This document shows, one piece after another, positions 8,698-17,209 of a stretch of DNA of 64,000 nucleotides. The notes beneath the pieces were generated by a model that saw only the letters and a program-made list of their open reading frames with translations, was not told the origin of the DNA and did not search any database. Origin of the DNA: Actinomycetota bacterium (GTDB lineage Bacteria > Actinomycetota > Acidimicrobiia > Acidimicrobiales > Acidimicrobilacustridaceae); assembly GCA_009700115.1 (NCBI GenBank), contig WLMU01000001.1, forward strand, positions 4,364 through 68,363. The letters run 5' to 3'. The translations under genes and the position numbers were made by a program. How positions within the stretch are numbered: the first letter of the stretch is position 1; each line of letters begins with the position of its first letter.

Positions 8698-9920
8698 AGC
8701 ACTGCTCCGGAAAGTTTGAGGGCGATGATCCGGTCCCACTCGTAGCCGAGAGCGAGCAGTACCTCATCGGTGTGCTCGCCGAGATCGGGGGCTGGGTGGA
8801 GGCTCGCGGGGAGTTCGTCGAACTGCACTGCACCGGCAGGAAGGGGGAACGATTCGCCCGTCTCGAGTTCGAGCGTGCCTAAGTATCCGTTGGCAACTAC
8901 CTGTGGATCCGTCACGAGTTCGTTGAGGTTCTGGAATGGCGCCCAGGGAATACGCGCGGCATCGAGTGGCTCGTGCCAATCGGCCAACGGGCGAGTTGCG
9001 AATGCGACTTCCATTAGTGCGACGAGGGCGCCGCTGTTGACGCTGCGGGCGCCAGCATCGATGAATCGGTCATCGGCGACGAGATGCTCGAGTTGGAGGA
9101 CCGAGCACATGTCCTCCCAGTACTTGTCCGATTGCAGGCAACAGATCGTGAGCCAGCGATTGTCGGCACAGGCGTAGTTGGCCGCCAAGGGATTGGGGAG
9201 CGAGACCCGGGGTTCGCCGAGCGGCGATGCTTGGCGGAACGCCCCTTGCAGCGCCGACGTGACATCAGATGCGACCATCCAGAGCGCAGTTCCGAGGAGG
9301 GACACATCGACGATCGTTCCTTCGCCCGTTCGTTCGCGGCGGAACAATGCGCCGGCAATACCGAAAGCAAGATGTGTGGCTCCGTAACGGTCGCCGACGG
9401 CACCGCGTTGGGGGAGTGGCTCGGGCAGACCTGCCGGGGCGAGAGTCTCCTCAATACCGCCACGAGCCCAGAACGCGGTGGCGTCATAGGCAGGAGTATC
9501 GGCAGCGTCGCCGCGCGCGCCGTAACCATGGGCACGGGCAATTACGAGACGCGGGAACTTTGCTCGCAGCACTTCGGCGCTGAATCCGAGTCGGTCAAGA
9601 ACGGACGGAAGGTAGTTTGTGAGAAAGACGTCGGCATCGGCGAGCACCTCGAGAAGGACGGCACGACCTTCGTCAGATTTCAGATCGATCGCCACACTCT
9701 TTTTGTTTCGGTTCACCATATGCATCGCATAGTTGATGGCGCCTTCGGATCCGGGCATCACTAGTCCGCGGTAACCGTCACCTCCTGCGGGATGCTCGAT
9801 CTTGAGAACTTCGGCACCCCAGTCGGCCAGCATCGCCCCCGCGGTTGGAGCGAAGACCCAACCCGCGAGTTCTACAACCCGAATTCCGCCGAACACGTCG
9901 ACGGACGGGATGCCGGTCAT
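8694..9920 (-). CDS. CaiB/BaiF class III CoA-transferase
   Basis: LADWGAEVLKIE, NRNKKSVAIDL, GD catalytic Asp, APDLGEHTDEVL. Confidence 0.92.
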   Translation of the reverse strand: MTGIPSVDVFGGIRVVELAGWVFAPTAGAMLADWGAEVLKIEHPAGGDGYRGLVMPGSEGAINYAMHMVNRNKKSVAIDLKSDEGRAVLLEVLADADVFLTNYLPSVLDRLGFSAEVLRAKFPRLVIARAHGYGARGDAADTPAYDATAFWARGGIEETLAPAGLPEPLPQRGAVGDRYGATHLAFGIAGALFRRERTGEGTIVDVSLLGTALWMVASDVTSALQGAFRQASPLGEPRVSLPNPLAANYACADNRWLTICCLQSDKYWEDMCSVLQLEHLVADDRFIDAGARSVNSGALVALMEVAFATRPLADWHEPLDAARIPWAPFQNLNELVTDPQVVANGYLGTLELETGESFPLPAGAVQFDELPASLHPAPDLGEHTDEVLLALGYEWDRIIALKLSGAVL

Positions 9921-11152
9921 GCCTGGATGCCGACGAGATCCGGAACTGCGGCAGTGAAGCGGAAGAGCTTCTCGGCGTTGGTTCGCAGGAGTTTCGCCTG
10001 TGTCTCGGGCGGAAGATGTCCGATGATGTTGCGTACGGTCCGAAGACTGTTCGGCCAGTTTGTATCGGTATGGGGATAGTCGACCTCGAGCATCACGTTG
10101 TCCTCGCCGATCATGTCGAGGCAGCGAACGCCGGCTGTCTCCTCGATGAAGCAGCCGTAGATGTGGTCGCGGAATGTGGCGCGGATATCGAGTTTGTCGA
10201 GATCGGCTTCGCGTGAAGGGCCGGCATCATCCATTCCCCATCCGTGTGCGTAACCCTGAAGTGCACCCTTCTTCGCCCATGCCCGCTGCTTGTCGACAAC
10301 CTGTTCGGCGCGTTCGAGGAAGTAGGGCATCCATCCGATGTTGCCCTCCGAAAGGCAAATTTTCAGATCGGGAAGTTCCTCGAAATAGTGCGAGAAGAGC
10401 CAGGACAGCATCGTCCCTGCAGTTCGTGTCGCGCCCCAAGCAAGGCTCGCAAGCTGAGGGGCATTCGACGAGATGGAGGGAATCGTGGACGAGGAGCCGA
10501 CGTGCATGCACACGACCATCTGTAAGTCATTCGCGGCGCGCATGACGGGATCCCAGTACCCGTTCGCATCGTGAATAGTGGGGAGTCCGAGGGGCTCGGG
10601 ATTCTCCGAGAACGCGAATGCGGTGGCGCCCTTCGCGGCGCATCTTTCCATCTCGACAGCTGCAGCAATCGGGTCCCAGAGGGGGATGATGATGAGAGGT
10701 ATGAGACGACCCGGTGCGGCACCGCACCATTCATCGATCATCCAGTCGTTATAGGCCTGAACGCAGAGCGCGGCGAGGTCCTTGTCTTTGGCCTCGTTGA
10801 AAAGTTGGCCACAGAACCGGGGGAACGAGGGGAAGTTCAGCGACGCGAGGACACCCGCTTGGTTCATGTCAGCGATGCGCTCGATTGGGTCGTATGCGCC
10901 GGGTCTCATCTCATCGAATGAGACGGGATCCGGCGAGAACTCCTCTTTGTCTTTTCCCGCAGCAACGGAAAGGCCAGAAGTGGCGAGAACTTTGTCCTCG
11001 TACTGCCAGACGGCGCCGCGCTCACCCTCTGCCATCCGCGGAGCGCGGTCGTGATATTTCGTCGCAAGGCGATCGAGCCACACGCGGGGAGGTTCGATGA
11101 CATGGTCATCGACAGAGATCATCCATTCACTCGGTGGAACAAGGGTGGTCAC
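9917..11152 (-). CDS. Amidohydrolase family protein (Amidohydro_2)
   Basis: SVDDH, MRPG, CMHVGSS and EVDYPH motifs. GTG at 11152 follows AAGGAG; an alternative coupled start is at 11203. Confidence 0.88.
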   Translation of the reverse strand: MTTLVPPSEWMISVDDHVIEPPRVWLDRLATKYHDRAPRMAEGERGAVWQYEDKVLATSGLSVAAGKDKEEFSPDPVSFDEMRPGAYDPIERIADMNQAGVLASLNFPSFPRFCGQLFNEAKDKDLAALCVQAYNDWMIDEWCGAAPGRLIPLIIIPLWDPIAAAVEMERCAAKGATAFAFSENPEPLGLPTIHDANGYWDPVMRAANDLQMVVCMHVGSSSTIPSISSNAPQLASLAWGATRTAGTMLSWLFSHYFEELPDLKICLSEGNIGWMPYFLERAEQVVDKQRAWAKKGALQGYAHGWGMDDAGPSREADLDKLDIRATFRDHIYGCFIEETAGVRCLDMIGEDNVMLEVDYPHTDTNWPNSLRTVRNIIGHLPPETQAKLLRTNAEKLFRFTAAVPDLVGIQA

Positions 11153-11199
11153 TGGAGCTCCTTGATGTTGTTGTCGTTGTTGTTGTGTCGCGGCTGTCT

Positions 11200-12684
11200 T
11201 CACGGTGTCGCCGCCGGAGCGAGCACGATGTGTTTCGGCTCTTGGTACTCGCGGAATCCGGCGACGCCGCGTTCGCGTCCGAAGCCGCTCTGCTTGACGC
11301 CGCCAACGGAGGTGTAGGCATTGGCTGCAGTGCGGTTCACTTGGACGGTGCCGCTCCGAATCCGCTTCGCGACTTGGAGGCCAACAGAGAGATCTGCGGT
11401 GTAGACGCCGCCGCTCAATCCGTATTCGGTGTCGTTCGCTATCTCGACTGCGTGATCAAGATCGCGGTAGCCCTGGATCGTGACCACAGGACCGAAGACC
11501 TCTCGCTGCGCAACAGGATTCGCGTTGTCCGCGATCAGTAGGACAGTCGGTTCGTAGAAGTGACCGCGGGTGCTTCCCGACGGCCGGCCTCCTCCAGCAA
11601 GAACAGTGGCCCCGGCGGCAACGCCTTCGTCGACCAGTGAACTGACGCGGTCGAGTTGCGCTGCTGAGATGAGCGGACCGACGAGAGTCGATGGATTGCG
11701 CGGGTCTCCGATCGGGAGTGCCTTGGCAGCGAGGGCGGACTTTTCGGCGACCTCATCAAGCGACTCCATCGGGACGAGGACACGGCCTTGGACCACACAA
11801 CCCTGTCCGGACAGCGAACTGAAAACCGTGCACACGCCGGGAACGACATTGTGGATGGCGTCGGGAAGGTACAACTGGACCGACTTTCCACCCAGTTCCA
11901 GACAGAGGCGTTTGAGAGTCGGTGCAGCCTGGGACGCGATCTCCCGACCTACCGTGGTTGATCCCGTGAAGGAAACACAGTCGACGCGGGGATCACTCGA
12001 GAGGAGTTGGGCACCTTGGGCTCCGTCCTCGACGACCACGTTGAGGACGCCGGCGGGGATTCCCGCTTCGGCTGCGGCAAGGCCGAAGACGAGTCCACTC
12101 AGGGGCGTGAGCGGACTTGGGCGCAGAACAACTGAGCAACCGGCAGCGAGGGCGGAGAAAACTTTCCAGACGTTGGTCTGGAGCGGAAAGTTGTAGGGGG
12201 TGATGGCAGCGACGACACCGCACGCTTCGTAGCGTCGGATGCTCAACATGACGTCGCGAAGATCGGGACCGAAGTGACTTTCGAGAGGAAGTTCGTTGTG
12301 CTCCCACTCTGGCAGGGTGGCGAACAGTTCCGGGAGTTGACGAGCCTGATCGAGTGCCATTCCGACCTGCGCCCATTGGGCGAGCATGAGTGGCGAACCG
12401 GTCTCGCGGATGATGGTCTCGACAAGTTGTTCCCGACGCTCGTCGAGGGCAGCGGACATGCGCAACAGGGCGTCGACACGGTCGACGATCGGAGTCTCTG
12501 CCCAGACCCTCGATTCAAATGTGCGGGAGGCGGCGGCAATCGCCATGTCGAATTGAGCGGTGCTGGCCGTAGAGACCTCAGTAAAAATTTCTTCGGTCGC
12601 GGGATCCTCGACACCGAGTGTCCCGGTGCCGGGGATAAATTCCCCGTCGATGAAATTTCCGCTGAAGCTCAAATGATCAGTCAC
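11200..12684 (-). CDS. Aldehyde dehydrogenase
   Basis: ITPYNFP, FTGST, LELGGKS, GQGC and EVFGPV motifs. Confidence 0.93.
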   Translation of the reverse strand: MTDHLSFSGNFIDGEFIPGTGTLGVEDPATEEIFTEVSTASTAQFDMAIAAASRTFESRVWAETPIVDRVDALLRMSAALDERREQLVETIIRETGSPLMLAQWAQVGMALDQARQLPELFATLPEWEHNELPLESHFGPDLRDVMLSIRRYEACGVVAAITPYNFPLQTNVWKVFSALAAGCSVVLRPSPLTPLSGLVFGLAAAEAGIPAGVLNVVVEDGAQGAQLLSSDPRVDCVSFTGSTTVGREIASQAAPTLKRLCLELGGKSVQLYLPDAIHNVVPGVCTVFSSLSGQGCVVQGRVLVPMESLDEVAEKSALAAKALPIGDPRNPSTLVGPLISAAQLDRVSSLVDEGVAAGATVLAGGGRPSGSTRGHFYEPTVLLIADNANPVAQREVFGPVVTIQGYRDLDHAVEIANDTEYGLSGGVYTADLSVGLQVAKRIRSGTVQVNRTAANAYTSVGGVKQSGFGRERGVAGFREYQEPKHIVLAPAATP

Positions 12685-13120
12685 GGTTGTCCTTGTTGGT
12701 GGAAGTCGAGTGGGGAGTGATCGGTGCAAACCGCGGGATCGTCACGTCGGCATCGATGTCATCCCAGAAAACAGTGACCTCCATGCCGACATGAACATCA
12801 GCGGGAGCGCATCCGACGATGTTTGTATGGAAGAACGGGCCTTCGGTGAGGCGCACGACAGCTAGGGCATACGGGATCTTGTCGGCCCACTCCGGGGTGT
12901 ATGCATGATGAACAACGGTGTAGGTATGTACGACGCCTGCACCGCTTGACTCGGTCCATTCCATTGACTTCGAGCCGTGCTCGATACAGGTAGACGCTGG
13001 CCAATAGTCGCGTTCGCAGATCGTGCATCGATGCAGCAGAAACCGATGTGTGAGGCAGCCGTCCCAGAACGGCGCATCGAAGGTGTGGCCGACGTAGTTC
13101 ATTGGCGGCGTTGCGCTCAT
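12677..13120 (-). CDS. DUF35 Zn-ribbon/OB-fold protein (ChsH2-C-like)
   Basis: PFWDG, CTIC...CIEH, SGAGVVHTYTVVH, VGMEV. Coupled to the thiolase-like gene. Confidence 0.85.
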   Translation of the reverse strand: MSATPPMNYVGHTFDAPFWDGCLTHRFLLHRCTICERDYWPASTCIEHGSKSMEWTESSGAGVVHTYTVVHHAYTPEWADKIPYALAVVRLTEGPFFHTNIVGCAPADVHVGMEVTVFWDDIDADVTIPRFAPITPHSTSTNKDNRD

Positions 13121-14295
13121 CGGTCGGCTCCGAGAATCAGGGTTGCGTGAGCCCAAGTATTCTGAATCCCGCCGTTCCCTCCGTGGCCGCTCACTAGGGC
13201 GATTTCGGCATTGGGGATCTGGGTCGGGCCGGCCTCACCCCTGATCTGACGCAGTCCCTCGGAGAGTGCAGTGAATCCGGTGGCATAGAAACCTGAGAGC
13301 TGACCGCCCCCAGTGTTCGTCGGTATGGCCCCGTCGAGCATGGTGTTTCCTGCAGTGACGAACGGACCGCCTTCACCAGGCCCACAGAATCCGTAGGCCT
13401 CGAGCTGCATGATCACCGAGATGCTGAACGGGTCGTAGAGGGCTGCGACATCAATATCGTCGAGGTCGATACCCGCTTGACCAAAGGCGGTTGCCTTGGC
13501 GGGAGCGATATCGTCGTGCATGTCGTAGACATCACCGGTCCACCAATTGCGGATGTTGTGACCTGTTCCGACACCGAGCACGACGGCAGGCGTGGAGCGG
13601 AGGTCGCGTGCTCGTTCAATTGAGGTCACGATCACGCAAACACCACCGTCGGTATCGCGACAGCAATCGAGCAGGCGAAATGGATCGACGACCATTCGCG
13701 AATTCTGGTGATCGTTGAGGGTGAATGGTTGACCAAATCCCTGGGCATCAGGTCGCAACGATGCGTGGGCGCGCTGGGCGACAGCGACAGCCCCGAGATG
13801 CTCGGAGGTCGTTCCGTACTTGTGCATGTGACGTCGCGCGTGCAGGGCGTGGGCCATGCCAGCGCCGACCATTCCGTACATGGCCGGGTAACCGTAGGAA
13901 TATGTGCCGAACCCGCCGCGGCTTCCGTCAACCCGAACAACGCCGCCGCTCGTTGGTGCTGCGCCATAGGTGCACGCGACAACATCAGCCTGTCCGGTGA
14001 GGATGGCGCCAACGGCATTGAGGACCGACCACGATGCGGTTGCGCCGCCGGACTGCATGGTCCATGCAAAGCGGGGAGAGAGTCCGAGATACCGGATGTC
14101 TTCGAACATTTCGCTTGATGTGCCGATGTACCCGTCGATATCGCTTCGGGCGAGACCGGAATCGGTCAAGGCATTCTCGAGCGCGATCTTCCGAAGTTCG
14201 AGGGCAGGAATTCCGAGTGAGCGCCCTTGCGGAGACATGCCAAGTCCGGCGACGGCGAAGCGACCCGAGATCGACGCGTCCGCGGCTCTACTCAC
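13117..14295 (-). CDS. Thiolase-superfamily protein (Ltp2/SCP-x-like, probable aldolase)
   Basis: LLDCC, LYDPFS, NTGGGQLS and RQIRGEAG motifs. No nucleophilic Cys in MQSGGATA. Confidence 0.85.
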   Translation of the reverse strand: MSRAADASISGRFAVAGLGMSPQGRSLGIPALELRKIALENALTDSGLARSDIDGYIGTSSEMFEDIRYLGLSPRFAWTMQSGGATASWSVLNAVGAILTGQADVVACTYGAAPTSGGVVRVDGSRGGFGTYSYGYPAMYGMVGAGMAHALHARRHMHKYGTTSEHLGAVAVAQRAHASLRPDAQGFGQPFTLNDHQNSRMVVDPFRLLDCCRDTDGGVCVIVTSIERARDLRSTPAVVLGVGTGHNIRNWWTGDVYDMHDDIAPAKATAFGQAGIDLDDIDVAALYDPFSISVIMQLEAYGFCGPGEGGPFVTAGNTMLDGAIPTNTGGGQLSGFYATGFTALSEGLRQIRGEAGPTQIPNAEIALVSGHGGNGGIQNTWAHATLILGADR

Positions 14296-14357
14296 TGGTC
14301 CGGTCCCCGCTGAGCACCCATGGGTGACTCGTGCATGCGTTCCCCTTCGGACACTAT

Positions 14358-14390
14358 GCTAGTATTCTAGCGTCTATCATGGTATTCTAG
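14358..14390. promoter_or_regulatory. Candidate operator in the divergent thiolase/IclR promoter region
   Basis: GCTAG-TATT-CTAGC inverted repeat, plus GTATTCTAG repeated at 14362 and 14382. Confidence 0.35.
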
Positions 14391-14460
14391 TGGTAGACGT
14401 CACACCATTGTCAAGAGAAATTCAAGACTCCCGTTCTCGACCCTTTCCTAGGACTACCCA

Positions 14461-15378
14461 ATGCCCATCACTCCAGCGCCCGCGGTTTCGAGGGCCTGCG
14501 ACGTCCTCAGAATTCTTGCCGCTACTCCAACACGGCGATTCTCGGTCTCTGAACTCTCGAGACTCACAGGAATGGCCCGGGCGACGTGCGACGCGGTACT
14601 TCTCGCCCTCTCCGACGGGGGACTGGTTGTGCGGCGCGACGACCGACTCTATGAACTTGGGCCGCGGTGCATCTCTCTCGGCGATGCTGCGCGCGCAGCC
14701 AACTCGCTGCTTGAGATCGCTTCATCGGCCGCCGATGGTCTTGCTCGACGCATGGGTAGTTGTGTTGCCGTCTCGGTCGCCGATGGTGATGAGACGCGTG
14801 TCGCCGATGTCGCGGATTACAGCCCGCCGTTTGCCATCACCATCCGAGTCGGGCAGGCCGTTCCTATGAGGCCGCCGTTTGGCGCCGTGTTTGTGGCATG
14901 GGCACATCATGAACGGATTGAGCGATGGCTCGAAGAACCCTCCCTCGACGAGTCGGCACGGGTTCGGTATCGGAGTGCACTCGCCGACGTGCGCCGGCGC
15001 GGTTTCAGCGTGACTGTCAATACCGATCGTGATCTGCCAGGTCTCCTCGAGGCGTTCTCACAGAGCGCGGGTGACGACGAGGCGCGCCCCTCGGCCGAGG
15101 AATTGTTCGAGGAAATGGTGCGCAGTCACCATCTGCCATCACATCAGCCGTCGCATCTCGACGACAATCTGTCGATGCGGATTAATCAATTGTCAGCACC
15201 GATCTTCGGCAGTGATCGCTCGGTGGTCGCATCGATCATGATCCTCGGACCGAATCGGGAGATGCCTGGTGCAGAGATCGATGCCCTCGGTGAACTCGTC
15301 GTTTCGACCGCCGATCACGTGACCCGCTCAATTGGCGGCCGACGTCCCGTCGGCGAGCCGTGGCTGGACCCTCGATGA
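14461..15378 (+). CDS. IclR family transcriptional regulator
   Basis: APAVSRACDVLRIL HTH, YELGP, and C-terminal VRRRGFS and SAPIF. Confidence 0.88.
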   Translation: MPITPAPAVSRACDVLRILAATPTRRFSVSELSRLTGMARATCDAVLLALSDGGLVVRRDDRLYELGPRCISLGDAARAANSLLEIASSAADGLARRMGSCVAVSVADGDETRVADVADYSPPFAITIRVGQAVPMRPPFGAVFVAWAHHERIERWLEEPSLDESARVRYRSALADVRRRGFSVTVNTDRDLPGLLEAFSQSAGDDEARPSAEELFEEMVRSHHLPSHQPSHLDDNLSMRINQLSAPIFGSDRSVVASIMILGPNREMPGAEIDALGELVVSTADHVTRSIGGRRPVGEPWLDPR

Positions 15379-16337
15379 GGAAGGAAGTGTTGAATTCGCT
15401 GCTGCCGGACGTCGGGCCTGCTGACTTTGGATTCGTTGCTCCGTCGGATGGATCCGAGGTTCGTGAACTGGAAGAACTTGGGGTGAACTCATTCTGGGTC
15501 GGTGGTCATGTGGCCTCGCCCAACCCCTCGCCCGAAGCGATTGTCTGGCTTGCGCGTCTGATTGAACAGACGAGAACGGCCGTCGTCGGAACGGCGGCAT
15601 TGTTGTTGCCCCTCTACCCCCCAGCGATTGTTGCCAAGCAGCTTGCGGATCTCGACCGAGCCGCCGACGGCCGACTCGCGATCGCGGTTGGTGTCGGCGG
15701 TGAGTACGAATCGGATTTCGAGGCGGCTGAGGTTCCGATTGCCGAACGTGGATCTCGCATGGACGAATCGATTGGTTTACTGCGTGAGTTCTGGACGGGC
15801 GAACCGGTAACGCATGATGGCCGGCACCATCGTTTTCGCGACCTGCGGATTCATCCGGCTCCGCTCCACGATGGAGGACCACCGATTCTTGTCACAGGCA
15901 GACAACCGGTGGCCATGCGCCGAGCCGCGCGAATTGGTGACGGTTGGATGCCGTACCTTTACTCGCCCGAGCGGTATGCACGATCGGTCGCGACTGTGCG
16001 TGCCGAGGCGGCTGCGATCGACCGCTCGCTCGACAACTTCGTTTGGTCCGTCTATGTATTCGTCGCGGTTGATGATGACAGCGATCGTGCGCGCGACAAC
16101 GCGGTCTCATTTCTTGGCGGTACCTATAACGACGAGTTTCATTCCATGGTCGACCGAGTTGCCTGCGTAGGAGATCCCGATCAAGTTGTGGAGCGTCTTC
16201 AGGGGTTCATTGATGCAGGGGTGGAGCATTTTGTTCTCGCTCCCATTGGTCATGACCGCCAGGCAGTTGCCCGTCGTCTGGTAACAGAGATACACCCACG
16301 TTTGAGCTCTCGCGATCCGGAAAGGTTCAGCGGGTGA
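15375..16337 (+). CDS. LLM class flavin/F420-dependent oxidoreductase
   Basis: FWVGGH, VAKQLADLD, GVGGE, RRAARIGDGW. ATGA-coupled to IclR. Confidence 0.88.
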   Translation: MRKEVLNSLLPDVGPADFGFVAPSDGSEVRELEELGVNSFWVGGHVASPNPSPEAIVWLARLIEQTRTAVVGTAALLLPLYPPAIVAKQLADLDRAADGRLAIAVGVGGEYESDFEAAEVPIAERGSRMDESIGLLREFWTGEPVTHDGRHHRFRDLRIHPAPLHDGGPPILVTGRQPVAMRRAARIGDGWMPYLYSPERYARSVATVRAEAAAIDRSLDNFVWSVYVFVAVDDDSDRARDNAVSFLGGTYNDEFHSMVDRVACVGDPDQVVERLQGFIDAGVEHFVLAPIGHDRQAVARRLVTEIHPRLSSRDPERFSG

Positions 16338-17103
16338 AGTCGTCGCGGTAGGGCCCGGCGATATGGCCACCATCGATCACGAATGACGATCCCGTGCAGT
16401 AAGAACTCTCGTCTGAGGCAAGAAAAAGGGCGAGGTACGCGACTTCTTTTGGTGTGCCCATGCGAGGGATCGCTTGTCGGTCGAGGATTTCCCCGAGTCG
16501 GAGATGGACCTCGGGCGGGGCCAACGCGACCATCGGCGTCTCGATCACACCGGGATGGATCGAGTTCACGCGGATACCTCGTCGCCCAACTTCAAGAGCG
16601 ACAGATTTCGTCATGCCAGTCACCGCAAACTTGCTCGCCGTGTACGACGTCATTCCCGCGACTCCGACGAGGCCATCGATCGACGAGATGTTCACAATTG
16701 AGCCACCACCGCGCTCGGTCATGACCGGGATTGCGGAGCGCATGCCGAGCCAGACACCATGCAGATTGATATCGATGATCAGCCGATGTTCCTCGGTCGT
16801 TTCCTCTTCGATGAGCCGAGGGGGAATGCCTATTCCGGCGTTGTTCACGAGAATGTCCAAACCGCCAAAGGCAGTTGTGGTCGACGTGATAGCGCCCGAC
16901 CATGCATTGGCATCGGTCACGTCGAGTGATATCGCGATGGCTCGCTCGCCGATCGATGACGCCACCGCCTCCGCCGCGTGTCGATCGATGTCGCTGACCA
17001 CTACACGCGCGCCCTCTTCGGCAAAGAGCCTGGCTTCAGCCTCGCCCTGTCCCCGGCCCGATCCCGTGATGAGTGCCACCTTGCCTTCGAGTCGTCCTCC
17101 CAT
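16327..17103 (-). CDS. SDR (3alpha,20beta-HSD-like)
   Basis: TGSGRGQG, NNAG, YTASK, RVNSIHPG, YCTG. Confidence 0.92.
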   Translation of the reverse strand: MGGRLEGKVALITGSGRGQGEAEARLFAEEGARVVVSDIDRHAAEAVASSIGERAIAISLDVTDANAWSGAITSTTTAFGGLDILVNNAGIGIPPRLIEEETTEEHRLIIDINLHGVWLGMRSAIPVMTERGGGSIVNISSIDGLVGVAGMTSYTASKFAVTGMTKSVALEVGRRGIRVNSIHPGVIETPMVALAPPEVHLRLGEILDRQAIPRMGTPKEVAYLALFLASDESSYCTGSSFVIDGGHIAGPYRDDFTR

Positions 17104-17209
17104 GGGTTCCCCTCCAATCGTCCGGGCAGTCGGATCCGGCCAGCGGCCGGCTTTACCTTGCCATCATGGATAGTTTTACAGATCAGACTTGGGGGCGAAG
17201 GGGAAAATC

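Noticed and set aside
11153-11203. Gln-rich N-terminus (TQQQRQQHQ) or CAA microsatellite on the amidohydrolase
   Set aside because: A GTG at 11152 with AAGGAG gives the same length as the paralogue at 1613. The CAA-rich stretch is probably an unstructured spacer and is too short and imperfect for phase variation.
16454-17173. Long antisense ORFs (e.g. 16454-17173, 11570-12196, 2354-3514, 23966-25012, 27438-28652, 55664-56497)
   Set aside because: They are shadow ORFs opposite well-supported genes in GC-rich DNA, with no motifs or start signals.
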